DNA of 58,690 nt, the filler included, from Sphacelaria rigidula (taxonomy: Eukaryota), in NCBI GenBank assembly GCA_964200075.2. It is 4 parts of 4 records of this genome, joined end to end, with 100 filler letters (N's around TTAATTAATTAA, not from the genome) between each part and the next. Parts side by side here need not be neighbours in the genome. Positions count along the whole stretch, not along the records: positions 1 to 14,601 come from CAXNAA020002152.1; positions 14,702 to 29,301 come from CAXNAA020002153.1; 2 more parts are not named here. One strand, 5' to 3'. Positions 10,229 to 21,899 of this stretch are shown one piece after another; positions within the stretch are counted from its first letter, which is position 1, and each line of letters starts with the position of its first letter. A program made the translations under genes and the position numbers. Below the pieces are notes generated by a model. It did no database searches, was not told the DNA's origin, and saw nothing but the letters and a program-made list of their open reading frames with translations.

Positions 10229-11929
10229 GTTCATGAAAAAATTCAAGCAGCAGGATGGTTGTTGGCGGGGGTATTTTCCCCCCGTGTTTCTCTTCGTCGG
10301 GTTCTCGTTCATTTGGGAGCACGAGCACACCGCTTATGCCGACAATGTCACGAGAACATGAGAGCAATGCTGTTGAAAACAATTGAACATTGCCTTGGCC
10401 TTAGCCAGCAGCAAACACCAGACCGTGCGGTGAGCCTTTGACGAGTTGAACAAGGCACACACGTGGGCAAACGTCCCCACTGTGGGTCAACCGTTTAAAA
10501 CCAACAAAGGGGGGTGCCGAAACCCCTGTGATCATGCAACCCGTAGGATCCACCTGTGAAATGCAGGCGCAGGGATATCCTTGTGACAGGGATGACAGGG
10601 AGACTCATGAGAGTACGCACCTTATGTATCTTTCGACGGCTTAGTACTGTATTTTCAGTACAAATCAAGCGTTACACTGCTTGTGGATTTCTCCGCCGTG
10701 TCTGAACGAACCAGCCCGAAAATTGGCACAGAGGTAGACCACAACACAGACAGCATATTCCCGGATCGGCGGCACGTTTTACGTGATGCGCCAGACGCAC
10801 AAAGTGAACACGGATTCTGGGCAATGCCATCGATGCACCCTCAAAACGGAGTCCTCGGCCCAGACAGTGTAAGACATCAGTGAATGCATGTATGGACACG
10901 CAGATGCGCTCACTTCTACATCATGGCCTGGTGGGTGGCTTCTGCCCCGGCAAAAGAGCATCGATCCGTATTGGGTACACTCTGGATGATGTAATTCTGC
11001 GCGATACTTATCTTGGTATCGCCTGTAGAGGTCCTCACTTCAGGAGGCACAGTCGTGCAAGCGCTGTCAGTGCTTTTCAGTGTTGCGCCGGAAGAAAGAA
11101 AAAGTCAAATGTACGCCAATTTTCGCATACAAGAACCATTGTGTAAATTACCAGCTTGGATCATCCGCAAAGTAGGTGTAGTTCACATGAGCGAGGTGCC
11201 CCAGAGGGACGACCTACGGCCCAACACACGGCATATCTGAAAAGCTATGTTCAAGGCTGGATCGTCGGCACAAGTTGCAGGTCGAGAACGTGATCATATC
11301 CCGCGTTCGGTGGTGTGCATGGTGTTGCTCGGTGCGGGTGCCTTGCGGGCCCCATTACACGACGATAGGTGGCGACCACGCTTGGTGTTCCAGCGCACCA
11401 CCGCGCCCAGGGCAAACGCGTAGTATATGGAGTGTATAATCCGCTTGAGAAAAAGGCACCTCATTTCCTTTCGTCGCACTGGAGAACGCCACAATGCATG
11501 TCTGGCGGCGCAGCCGATGGGTCTGAAATTTGAAAACTCCGTCATGACCGCTATCTAAAGTGCAGTATAATACACGAATGCAATGTACGGTCTACAGACA
11601 GTATACCCGTACCGTCATACTACATTACCGCATATGATATGCGGCGGAATCAGGGCGTAACCGCATCTCATGTTTATTCGAGTACTTTTCTCAGGCAAAC
11701 CACCATTTTTCAGTGCAACTTGAGTTGTGGATTTCTCGCCTGTGCCTGCGTGTTCCATCATGGAACATTGCACACAAGTTGGTCGTAACACAGGCAGCAT
11801 ATACCCGAAGCATCCAGGCGATTGGATCTGGAAACACCGTACAACATGGCCCCAGCCCATTGTGGGGAATGTCATCCATGCGCTGTCAAATCAGCCATGC
11901 AGCTGCCCAGACTTCGCACACTACAGGTG

Positions 11930-12230
11930 AAAGCATATGTGCACGCGCAGATGCACAAACTTGGACATTTAGCGCGGCTGGGCGGCCGATGTGGTAGAAA
12001 ACCGACACCAGGCTGTACTGCAATCCTCTCTGGATCATGACCATCTGTAGTGTACCGATCGGCACACAGTCTGTAGAGCTGCGCATTTCATGACGCACGA
12101 CCCTGCGCGCACTGTAGCCGCTGCGACGCGCTGAAGCTTTGCTCATATGTTGTACGAACCACAATCAACAGTTCCACGTCGCTACATCTGGTATTACGTG
12201 CTGCAGGAGTACGCACTGAAGGGAAAAGTG
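11930..12230 (+). repeat. Dispersed repeat, also at ~15145-15430, with a weaker copy at ~10880-10990
   Basis: gatcatga.catctgtagtg.ac.gatcggca.acagtctgt.gagctgcgca is shared between the copies. Confidence 0.75.
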
Positions 12231-12547
12231 GTCAGATTCCGATCTTTTTTTCTTTCGGCGCAGCACTGTTTTACGCGCAATGTGTATAATATACACGTAT
12301 CATTTCACATTTTCACCGCTTTTTCCGAGTTTTCTCTAGCGGCAAGGCATTTTTTCCATTTTTTGCCACACGTCCTATTTCAGCGCGCCGAGAAGGCTCA
12401 GCGGTACATTACTGTTCAGGTCTGGGCGCCATCTGATACCTGTGGCGCGTGTTCTGGCCACCGTAAGTCGCTCAAACTTGCCCTTTTTCGCGGGGTGTCG
12501 ATCCCGAACCACAAAAGCCTCTTCAACATCGTGGAAAACTTGATAAC

Positions 12548-12610
12548 ATATATTTTCGACTTGCGTCACCCCCGTGAAGCCCGTGCCAATCTCCCGAAGG
12601 GGAACCTTGT
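12548..12610 (+). mobile_element. Isolated 3' terminus of the Helitron-like composite repeat
   Basis: tattttcgacttgcgtcaccc..ctcccgaaggggaacCTTGT, same as 3706-3772 and 5984-6048. Confidence 0.65.
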
Positions 12611-12669
12611 ATGTTTATTTAATGTAGTATATACTGCCCCTTGATAAATATTGAGAGATAATGATATAT

Positions 12670-14530
12670 GTATGAAATCTATGGTAATCTCTATACATTA
12701 TTGGGCAAACTGCCGTATGTTGGCAAATACAGATTTTTGCACACGACTTTTTTTCAGCGGCCAATCTCGAAATCTCGGAGCCAAGCGAATCTGAAAAGTA
12801 GGCTAAGCTCCTCTCTGTGGGGTGATGCAAAGTATCCGAGACGTGCGTTGGCGATTTCCCCTGTTCGGGGTCAAAAGTGGGTCAAACGTCCCAAAAGTGA
12901 ACAACCCGTGGATCAAATATCTGTTTACCATAAACATCCGGCCTTTATTATATTGTGCTGTAGGGCCATTCTTCATGAAAAAAGGTGAAAGATCGGAGCG
13001 TAGCAGGATCTGAGGTTTGTGGAACGGGTATGAATGTGAACAATCTAGGCTAATATGAGGGAACTTGTGGAACAGTCGAACGGTCGATGCAAGCAAATTG
13101 GTCAGTCACGGAGATTGATTTTGTTTGGATCACATCGCGTATTCACGATCGGGGTAAATAATACATAAATACCTTAGTCGAACTGGGAGGGACAGGCTTC
13201 GAGCATTGCGTATGGCACGATTTCAGAGGAAATTAGAAGAGGCGCGTAAAAGGGAATGCGATGGCAGAAGATGGACAAATGCACAAATGTGCACTTTATA
13301 CGGTCTGGCTTGGATCTACGTTGCGTCATATTTGATATATAACAAATATTCCACATTCATGAGAGGAGCTAATCACTGGAAACTGATAAATTCCCAGACA
13401 GCGGGAGTTTTCCAAACCTCTCTGGCAAAAGTGATCGATTCCCACAGACGATTCTCTGTCTGGGAGTTGACGTTTCATCACACATCCTTCGCACATTGCA
13501 CCCGCAATGGTACAGTCAGTGCTTCATCACACACTCCTCGCCTACAAGTGTAGTGCAGTCAGTGAAAAAGTAGCCGTACATGTTGTATGTGTAGTACCGT
13601 GGCAACAGCATAGCTGCTGCAACACTCCGTGCATCCTCTTCATGACCATGGAGCCGGGGACAGAGAGTACAGGCAGTACAGTACTTTTTCGCCGGCAGCG
13701 TTACCACTAAAAAACAGCATGATGTCGCTCATACTGGCTGTGTTGACTGCTCATATCGTGTCATGCTCGTCGTGCCCACCAGCGATTGCGAACTCTGTAG
13801 TATTCTGTGTACTGAGACTGAGACGGTTGCTACCGCACTACTGACTGTTACGTGAGTTTGTTGTGTGCGGTATGGCACGAACCGTATGCTGCGCACACTG
13901 CACCGCTTGCGACACTACTACTGTACCAGGCGGCGGTCGGCTGAAGTAAGGGGTGATACGCCTGTCATTTCGATCCTTTTTATACCTGTAGCTATTGTGC
14001 GTGTGTGTGTGTTACCATCCCATCTATCCTGTACCTCGACGTGAATATTTACGTATTAGTTCACCGCAGTTGAGACGATCATAAAATGCAAATGATGACC
14101 ACTATATATACCACCGTCTGCACGCAGGCTTGATGATGGCCTCGGGTGTACAAATCCCCAGGATTTTCTACAGACTCTACCACGTAAGGAGTTTTGAAAA
14201 CTGATTTCACTGAAAAGTCTCCGAGAAAAGTATTCTGGAATGACTCATCTCGGAGACTTTTGTCTATCTATGGGATGCGGCCTCAAACAAATCACCATTT
14301 CTCAATAAATTCTGAACAGATTTGAGCAATAAGGTCACGCACAACGTGCACAGCTGATGAGCAGCTACGCATATGCCACACATATCAAAATTATTGCCGC
14401 CCAATGACTTTACAATGTTCCATCCGTGTTATTCAAGTTGGTCAACCTTATCCGTAGCCACCATTCGAGAACACATGCGATGTTTGTACAACCACGATCA
14501 CTACTGTACATTGAGATACAACAGCCTATC
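12670..14530 (+). mobile_element. Helitron-like composite repeat, copy 3 (3' terminus missing)
   Basis: Collinear with copies 1 and 2, including the internal (GT)n tract. Confidence 0.65.
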
Positions 14531-14601
14531 TTATCAAGGTGTTTTCGTGAGATTGAGAGTAGATGATACGATTGAGAATGGCTTTGATCATTCGCTTTAA
14601 G

Positions 14602-14701
14602 NNNNNNNNNNNNNNNNNNNNNNNNNNNNNNNNNNNNNNNNNNNNTTAATTAATTAANNNNNNNNNNNNNNNNNNNNNNNNNNNNNNNNNNNNNNNNNNN
14701 N
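14602..14701. other. Artificial contig spacer N44-TTAATTAATTAA-N44
   Basis: Identical 100-bp spacer with six-frame stops, present three times in the window. Confidence 0.98.
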
Positions 14702-14806
14702 CTTTTTCGCGGGGTGTCGATCCCGAACCACAAAAGCCTCTTCAAGATGATGGAAAACTTCAAACAGGAACCTAAACGACAGAAGCCTTTTCATGGCGGG
14801 GTAAAA

Positions 14807-15065
14807 AACCCTAACCCTAACCCTAACCCTATGGAGATGCCACCAACTCTGACGCTAACCCTAGCACTAACATCGACCAAGGCATACCGAGAACTCTCAA
14901 GCAAGGGGGGTGCAGTTTCTTAGCTAAAGCGTGCGTTGCGAGAACTCAAATCGACGCCTTTGAGCCGGTTTTGGACCAAAACACGTTCTGGACGGCCTGT
15001 TTCTACTGCTCACTACTGCTCACCTGCCCCAAATCATGATTTTTCTCAGAACTTTCTTTAGTCTG
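14807..15065 (+). repeat. Repeat module with interstitial (CCCTAA)n, divergent copy
   Basis: (ccctaa)3 followed by caaaacacgttctggac..ctgctcacctgccccaaa.catg.tttttctcagaacttt, as at 45050-45365 and 51960-52280. Confidence 0.7.
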
Positions 15066-15618
15066 AAACCAAGTCAACTCGAGTGCCAATCGTTGTTTAT
15101 GTACATTTCTTTAGGTCTACCAGCGTCGCACTACAGGCGAATGCATATATGCATGCACGGATGCATGAACTTAGACATGTTGAGCGGCTGGACGGCCGAT
15201 GCGGTAGCAACTTGCACCGGTCTGTACTGCGGCCCTTTCTAGATCATGATCATCTGTAGTGCACAGATCGGCATACAGTCTGTGGAGCTGCGCACTTCAT
15301 GGCGCACGGCCCTAAGAACGCTCTAGCCGCTGCGAGGCGCTGAAACATCGCTCATATGCTGTGCAAACCACAGTCGACAGTTCCAAGTAGCTATACCTGG
15401 TACTGTGCGCTGCAGCAGTGCGCACTAGAGGGCAAAACGGTAAGATTTTGTTCCGATTTGTTTTGGGGGGGGGCACAACACTGATTTCACAGGAACATCA
15501 CTGCGCAGGTACAACACTTGGGTTTTCAGCAGTAGGAACCTCACATACCCTGGGGGACTCGGTATTGGAGATGCGCTGGAAACCCAAGGTCCTCTCCCGA
15601 AGGGTCCCTGTAACTCAC

Positions 15619-15722
15619 CTAGGGAAGTGACCAATAATAGTCAGTGATGAAAGGCGTCTTCTGCGTATTCGGCAAAATTTCTTGACATATATGCGTATTA
15701 TATTTTCTTCGAGAAAGTGTAC
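15619..15722 (-). pseudogene. Candidate degenerate exon at the expected HExxH position of the metallopeptidase-like gene
   Basis: atgcag| acceptor and ctag|gtgagt donor. The phase continuing exon 15883 reads AYTFSKKI*YAYMSRNFAEYAEDAFHH*, with IGH in an adjacent frame. Confidence 0.35.
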
Positions 15723-15882
15723 CTGCATCTCATATAATGATTTAGTCAGTACACGATTACGGATGGTCTGTGATAAGGTGATGGGTGATCGGGGAGGGAC
15801 GCTTGGGGACACACACTTGAAGCGGGCCTGAGTCGTACGACTGTACAATCCTCCACAACCCTAACGTACAAATATCACTCAC

Positions 15883-16025
15883 GCAGAACCACAGGAGTTA
15901 TCAGAGAAGTTCCCAACAAGCTGGACAACATCGGCATTGTGCTCGTCGCGGACTTCCTGCACGTACTTATTTTCCTCGAGCTCCTTTAAAACCTGTAGCG
16001 GGTCTTCTACTGGGGCATACGGCAC
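15883..16025 (-). CDS. Exon of an M12B/reprolysin-like metallopeptidase (VPYAPVEDPLQVLKELEENKYVQEVRDEHNADVVQLVGNFSDNSCGSA)
   Basis: Pyrimidine tract plus gtag| acceptor and |gtgagt donor. RDxxxADxVQL..CGxA resembles reprolysin-like domains (pattern recall, no search run). Confidence 0.75.
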
Positions 16026-16258
16026 CTACCTCGCCAATGTTTTTCAGCAGGGGAAGGACACAGGAGGGGGGGAATTGTGTTGGTCTTCACCACGAGGTCA
16101 GGAGAAACGCGTCCCTCCCGCCTCCACGTGTTGCGGTCCACAGGCAAGGTTGGCCTCATACGCCAGGGACATTGAAGACGTCGGGTAAGCATCAATTTGG
16201 TTTGCTTGGCTGACCAGAGTGCTGCATGGCTTTCATGCAGAAGCAAGTCGCCCAGACG

Positions 16259-16300
16259 TGATTGGTTGATGAATTGAATTGAATTGAAAATAATTCACTC
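16259..16300 (-). repeat. (CAATT)n tract, probable tail of a non-LTR retroelement fragment in an intron
   Basis: tgattggttgatgaattgaattgaattgaaa. Confidence 0.35.
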
Positions 16301-16573
16301 GTCGGACAGCTCATGAACTACCCAAAATAACTAATTGAAGGGGACTCTCAGTCCCTTCATCCAAAAACACAAATTACGTGACAGCAGGATCCGAGAAATA
16401 AGCGGATAACACGGCACTACTACAGTAAGAAGTTGAAGCGAGTTGCGACTCAAATATGTAGGGACCATACAACTTGAAAACAATGGTAACATGAAACACG
16501 AATAAAAAAACGAGGTTCCAAGACCGTCCGACGAGAATCAAAAACAAAAACACCGACGCTCTACAGCTCTCAC

Positions 16574-16738
16574 CTTTCCTACGAAGACAGGCTCAACCAC
16601 CAGGTTGATATCAGAGTCGATGAAGGCAGCATTGGTGGTCGTTATGGCTCCGGCGATGTTACTAATTATCTCTATCTCAGTTCTCAGCGTCTCGTTCATG
16701 GCGGCCTCACTGAACAGCACGGCCACCGTAATCACAAC
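16574..16738 (-). CDS. Exon of an M12B/reprolysin-like metallopeptidase (VVITVAVLFSEAAMNETLRTEIEIISNIAGAITTTNAAFIDSDINLVVEPVFVGK)
   Basis: gcacag| and aag|gtgaga, 55 codons, phase 0/0. The IxVxVxY/F..TNxAFxxSxIN pattern matches the start of a reprolysin-like catalytic domain. Confidence 0.8.
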
Positions 16739-17377
16739 CTGTGCATGTGGGATCTTTTGTCATTTTGTGTTCTATTTATCATCGCCATTTGCCGTCAACG
16801 GGTTTGAAACCACGGCAGCAGTTGAATAGAACACACAAGAGAAAGCAATAATATATATAAGGGACATAATGAAAGGAAGAGCATAACAAACGAATTTCAC
16901 GTTTTGGTTCATGATATATGTTGAAATCGGTCCTCGTCGAGACCCCAAAACACACGCGAGCACAATCAAATGTCACCTATCTTAATCACCCGATCTTCAA
17001 CATTTACCGCGCCTCCCCTCATGTGGGATGAGGGTCAGGTGCGCGAGTAGTGCCATAAGGCAGACTTCGAAGCACGGCTTCTTCGAGGACGAGTTGGTAA
17101 GGTCACGGTAAAGTTTGTGAAAGAATATCATGTGAAAAAATGTCAGAACGCTGTGCACTGCACTACTGAACTGAGTCTCAACATTTTCTTCAATGCGGGT
17201 TGCAGCATTTACGTTGAGCTTCGCAATCAATGTCGTATTGGTCACATGTAAACAGTTTAGCAGAACCTACTGTTACCCCGCCCGTGCCCCCCCCCTCTTC
17301 CTCTCTCTTATACCCCATCCATTTTCTGTGACGAGGGAACCAAGATTTTCAATTCGAGACGTCGCCACGACACGCAC

Positions 17378-17560
17378 CCTGCCTTCGTGTATCTTCTTTC
17401 TAGGCAAGTCCGAGAGCAAGGAAATTTCCGAGAAAGAGCTAGATTGCAAGAGCTCGCGGCTGGCACCGGAGTTGGCGATGAAGCTTGAGGTGATGCCGAG
17501 TTCTTCCGTAGGTTCGGGATCTTCGGCAAGGTCGGCAGCTTCGGCAACGTCAGGGGACAC
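17378..17560 (-). CDS. Exon of the same gene, linker/pro-region (VSPDVAEAADLAEDPEPTEE...KKIHEGR)
   Basis: catcag| and agg|gtgcgt, 61 open codons, phase 0/0. Confidence 0.7.
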
Positions 17561-17821
17561 CTGATGCCGGTGTTTGCAAACGATGAATAGGTATGTCACT
17601 GTGTCGTAGCCCTGAAACAGTCCTCAATACAGAAGAACATGATTTCCTGTTTTTTTGCGCAAACTTTCATCCAAAAAAAGCGCAAGCAAAATGGAGTATT
17701 TCTTACACATATTCGGCAAGAAAAATGGGGGTATTTTCGACGACTGTATATATTTAGTAAACCAGCTGTCAGCTAGTGGTGCAGTAGCCACCTTGGCCTC
17801 TCCAGCATCGCTGTGACTTAC

Positions 17822-17875
17822 ACTGGCCCAGCGGATCATGTCCCGACGCCACTTGCACGACGGTGTTTCCGTTGC
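17822..17875 (-). CDS. Probable small exon of the same gene (ATETPSCKWRRDMIRWAS)
   Basis: tttaag| and |gtaagt, 54 bp, phase-compatible with both neighbours. Confidence 0.5.
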
Positions 17876-18464
17876 CTTAAACATACAGCACAGAATTACC
17901 CGGATCTAAAGTATCCATAAATTAATGAAGCAGGATTTCCTCGCGAACACTCACCCAGAGGTTGCGGACACATTCTAGGGTTATGCGTGAGCATAGCGGG
18001 AGCACAGAAGCCGTTTTGTCGACAGTAGTAGGCATAACCGTTAGCCCTGCTAGCACATTCCCACTCTCATGAATACATCCATATCCCACACGTACATATT
18101 CCAGACGTATCCCCGTATCCTGGGTGAATATTTCAAACGTGTTTCCATATCAGAGATATTCAAGTCCCTGTGGATATTCAAGAGGGGTCCGACATCGTAG
18201 ATAGGTATCCCAGGTGAATCTGATATCCAAGGGGATATCCCATACGGACGTCCATTACCGCACGGACATCCCAGATGAAAATTGATATCCCACATGGGGG
18301 TCGCATGAGAGTGCAAGACTGAGCGTGTGTAAATAAAAAATTATTTTGAAGCACAAAACGAAACACGCACAGTACCATATATTCTCACTACCTTAATATT
18401 GTTTCGGCAATAATAGTCACACTCTTTCGTGCGAACTCAAGTCTGCTCAATTACTCTACGTCAC

Positions 18465-18569
18465 CTCCACCATGCAGATGTCCTCGGCCTCTCCTGCCTC
18501 GCAAGGAGTAGACTCAAGGACCATCGTAGTGCCGTCCAGCAGGTTGGTCGTCTGCTTCCATCGAAACGT
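18465..18569 (-). CDS. Probable exon of the same gene (TFRWKQTTNLLDGTTMVLESTPCEAGEAEDICMVE)
   Basis: ttccctcatccccag| and gag|gtgacg, 35 open codons, phase 0/0. Confidence 0.6.
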
Positions 18570-18847
18570 CTGGGGATGAGGGAAGGCCATGAGTTAGCGC
18601 TTGGCCACAGTATATGTTTGACATGCATTAATCTTCTCTGTACGAGCTGGGGCAGCCTAGAACGTGTTTCGGCGCTTTGACCAGCTTTGCACGGCTCGTT
18701 TTTGAGAGTTGGAAGCTGCAACGTCGATACAAGATTTATATCAGAACGGGGGGCAATATTTCAGTAGCCAAAAGAAGACACTCGCTCTGAGATTCCGAAA
18801 CATATCCAAAGTGTCATAACAAATATATATATATATATATATATGTA

Positions 18848-19457
18848 CGAGCTGGGCCAGCCAAGAGTAGGTGTGAATCTCGCTCAGGCGGCGCACGGCG
18901 CGATATTAGAAGCTGGACGATGAAATATTGACAGCAGTTTTTTATGATCGAAATGCATGCAGAATATCACGTGACCAACAAAGAAAAAAAGAAAAAAAGA
19001 AGTTGCCAGCTCTTGAAATTTTAGCAAAAACAAGATACTGTCATAAGTTTAGAAAAAAAAGGAGAATCTGCAGCTGGACACGTGAATTATCAGTTCCTTG
19101 GGTGCAGAAGGTCTTCCTGAAATATCAGCTCAAGAGTCGTCGAATTGGGCCTTGCGTTCAACATTTTCAGTGGCGCTGCTGCACCCCTGTAAATCAAGTG
19201 ATGGGGGACTCCGATTATGGAGGTCATGAGTTCGAATCCCGACACATTCTCTTTTTTTTTCGTCCGTCGTTAAGGTCATACGTTATGCAGTACAGTACAC
19301 TATTTTTCACTTATTATTTGTTTCATTCAGCGGCGGTGCCGTGTGTCAACAGGTTGGTCTACACTTTACAGTAATATGCTTACATCGGGTTCATTCGGGA
19401 AACTGGGGAAGTTGTGGTGTGAGCAAGGTTTAGCAGCTTTTAAGCTGGCCCAGCTCG
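18848..19457. mobile_element. 610 bp TA-flanked MITE (CGAGCTGGG termini), preceded by an orphan left end at 18643-18830
   Basis: TA|cgagctgggccagc ... gctggcccagctcg|TA, a 14-bp perfect TIR. Confidence 0.85.
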
Positions 19458-19475
19458 TATACATATATCAATATA

Positions 19476-20493
19476 CTCCCTCTGTCCCATAAGTAAAGTC
19501 CGTTATGATCACACAGACCCTTAGCCGTGTCCGATGTCGCAGGCGATAATTTTTTCGAAATCTTCGATGTTTTTTGGGTTGAACCCCGTTTTTGTTTTGT
19601 TTTTCTACGCACTCCCCGGCTTACGCGACCGTCTGAAAAAAAAGTAGTCGGCCCATAAAAGGCCACATTTGGGCCCTTTTGCAGGAGCGAAAAAGTGTTG
19701 AAAAAAAAAAATGTTACCCGTCCTCGTCGTCGCTGGGGCTTGCCGCTAGGTAGTCCCAGGCCTTCGTGAAGGCATCCTTATCGTATTTTACGACCCTTTC
19801 TAACGTTCTGGCCCCCTGCCGCACCCTCACCCCGGAATGTTCCACACTAAAGTCATTGTCGCCCATCTCACGTAGTGTTTGGTTGTAAACCTCAAAGAGG
19901 CTCTGCCGAACCCGCTCCAACGTGTCACCGTCGTACTCCTCGTACTGCTTGAAGATAGTCTCCACCAACTCGTCTATCGAACTTGCATTCATCCCCCATA
20001 CCCTCGACTTCAGAGATGCGAAGAAGCCCAAGTCGTTGACGTTCATGTCAGGCGACTGTGCAGGCTGCGTGACTAGCTCCGCCATGCGGCCTAGAACGCC
20101 CTTGGGCACCCTCGAATTTCCTAGGGGAATGGCCATCGCTGTCTCCATCGCCATTGCATACCGGCGGCCCGACGACACATCTGCGCCCCGCTTACGTTTG
20201 GGGGGGGTCTCCATCGTGGTTGTCGGGGTAATGGGCGTTCAATTGCCCAGAAGAGCAGAAATTCTCAACACAATTCTCAAAACAACTTCTCAAAAAAGTC
20301 TCAAATTCCCGCCAAAATGCCCACTTTTTGATCCACTACTTCTCAGTAATTTCGATTCAGTTCTTTTTTTTGTTCAACGAGCATCACCATGTCGACAGCT
20401 TTTCAAAAAACCTAACCATAGCATCGTGGGCAACTCCATTGGCGATATACGATCTTTCCCCCATAACGGACTTGACTTATGGGACAGAGGAAG
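19476..20493 (-). mobile_element. Internally deleted mariner transposon (plant/oomycete DD39D-like) with Stowaway-type TIRs
   Basis: TA|ctccctctgtcccataagtaaagtccgttatg ... cataacggacttgacttatgggacagaggaag|TA, carrying a transposase remnant. Confidence 0.92.
19714..20214 (-). pseudogene. Truncated mariner transposase ORF, 166 aa (N-terminus fused to C-terminal third)
   Basis: QPAQSPDMNVNDLGFFASLKS matches the QPPNSPDLNxxDLGFF motif around the third catalytic Asp. The HTH and the first two Asp regions are not seen. Confidence 0.85.
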
Positions 20494-21899
20494 TATACCT
20501 TGAGGTGCAATAAACCATACTCGTGTCGCTCCTCTTTTCCTACGTACTAGAAGGTCAGACTATGTTCGTCGTTGTCTCTGTCCTTTACGCTTCAATTTTG
20601 CGGATGGCGGGGGGCATCGTCGCCTGGTCTGTGAAAGCACTGACATGAAACCTTCTGGCATTTTGGTAAGAGAAAAATGTCGGCATTATTTTTTTCTGTT
20701 TTCAAGGAGATGCAGGTACATGCGTACAAGAAACAATCGATGACACTAAGATGAGCTCCAAGTGGCACAACTGATTTTTAGGAATAGTATCAAACAAATA
20801 CACCAAGGGAAAGTATCTTCGCACAACACAATCTGTAGCAGTTGTGAACGAGGTGTGGCTAGGTGCACCGAATGGATGCCGTGTACACGCGTGTCGATGA
20901 CGAGCACCAGAGAGAGGAGCACCGGCGAAGCGGAGCTCCTTGCCGGTGTCCTTTGTGTGTCCTCGTTCGGCGATTCCCAAGTTACCATCATCCGCTCAAG
21001 AGATTGACATCATGTTACCATCATATACCCAAGTTGTTGTGTGTCGGCAGGCGTGTTATTGTAGCACAGGCCCGGAAACAAGATCGGGATGCCCACAGTT
21101 GTCGTCTCCCTTCTGTGGCGCTGACCAACGCAAAGATTCATTACTCTCTGCCTCTCTGCTCTGTGGAAATATTAGCTCGTGTTGTGTGGTATTGTCCCCA
21201 AGACGGACCGACTACCGTCGTGCAGACGATAGTATCTGGCAGAGGTTGCACCGTGGGTGTTGGACCACTTGCCTTTGCGGCAGAAGTTAAAAAAAGACAG
21301 ATGGTTTGAGGGGGGTTTTCTGCCGCCAGCACAGAATGGAAAGCACAGCCTCTTCTCACCGCAGACAGCTGATGGAAACGAAGAAGACTGGTGTCGATGG
21401 GGGCCAAGGTGGCCCAATCCGAGCACTCTCAAACCTGAAAAAGCCGGAGTCCATACACGTACGTGAGAGTAAGTCGTATCCTCGATTCAACACTACTGAC
21501 GTGTTAGTCTTCCTAGCTCGCATAATAAATCTTCTCCAAGCTACGTGACCTAGCTACCTTGATACAGTGTACTGCTGTATAAGAAAACCATGGCAGCACA
21601 CTTTTTACTGCAGTATCCTACGTGATTATGTGGCTACACGTGTAACGATATCCACCTCAAAGATCCTCATGAAACGGCACTACATGGTCCTCGGTTTCGT
21701 TGTACCGCTGTAAGTTGTACCGCTGTAAGTTGTACCGCTGTTTGCTATGCAGTCGAACCCAGAACATGGAAAATACGGCCAGACTGCAGGCTGTGTGTCA
21801 ACTTTCCAACAGCTTGGGCGGGACATGCCCCTGTGCGCAGTAGAGCAGATCGTCAACTAGCAGGACGATGTTCCTGTCATTGCTGCTGTTCTCTCTCAC

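Noticed and set aside
1596..14600. Numerous 60-165 aa ORFs recurring in similar form
   Set aside because: They are chance frames inside non-coding repeats, and the frames are not conserved between copies.
14646..14657. TTAATTAATTAA motif recurring every ~14.7 kb
   Set aside because: It is embedded in N runs and is an assembly linker, not biology.
14807..14830. True telomere or chromosome end
   Set aside because: Only 3-4 hexamers, internal to a dispersed repeat module.
245..16025. Joining the contig 1 exons to the metallopeptidase gene as its 3' end
   Set aside because: They lie on different contigs separated by an artificial spacer.
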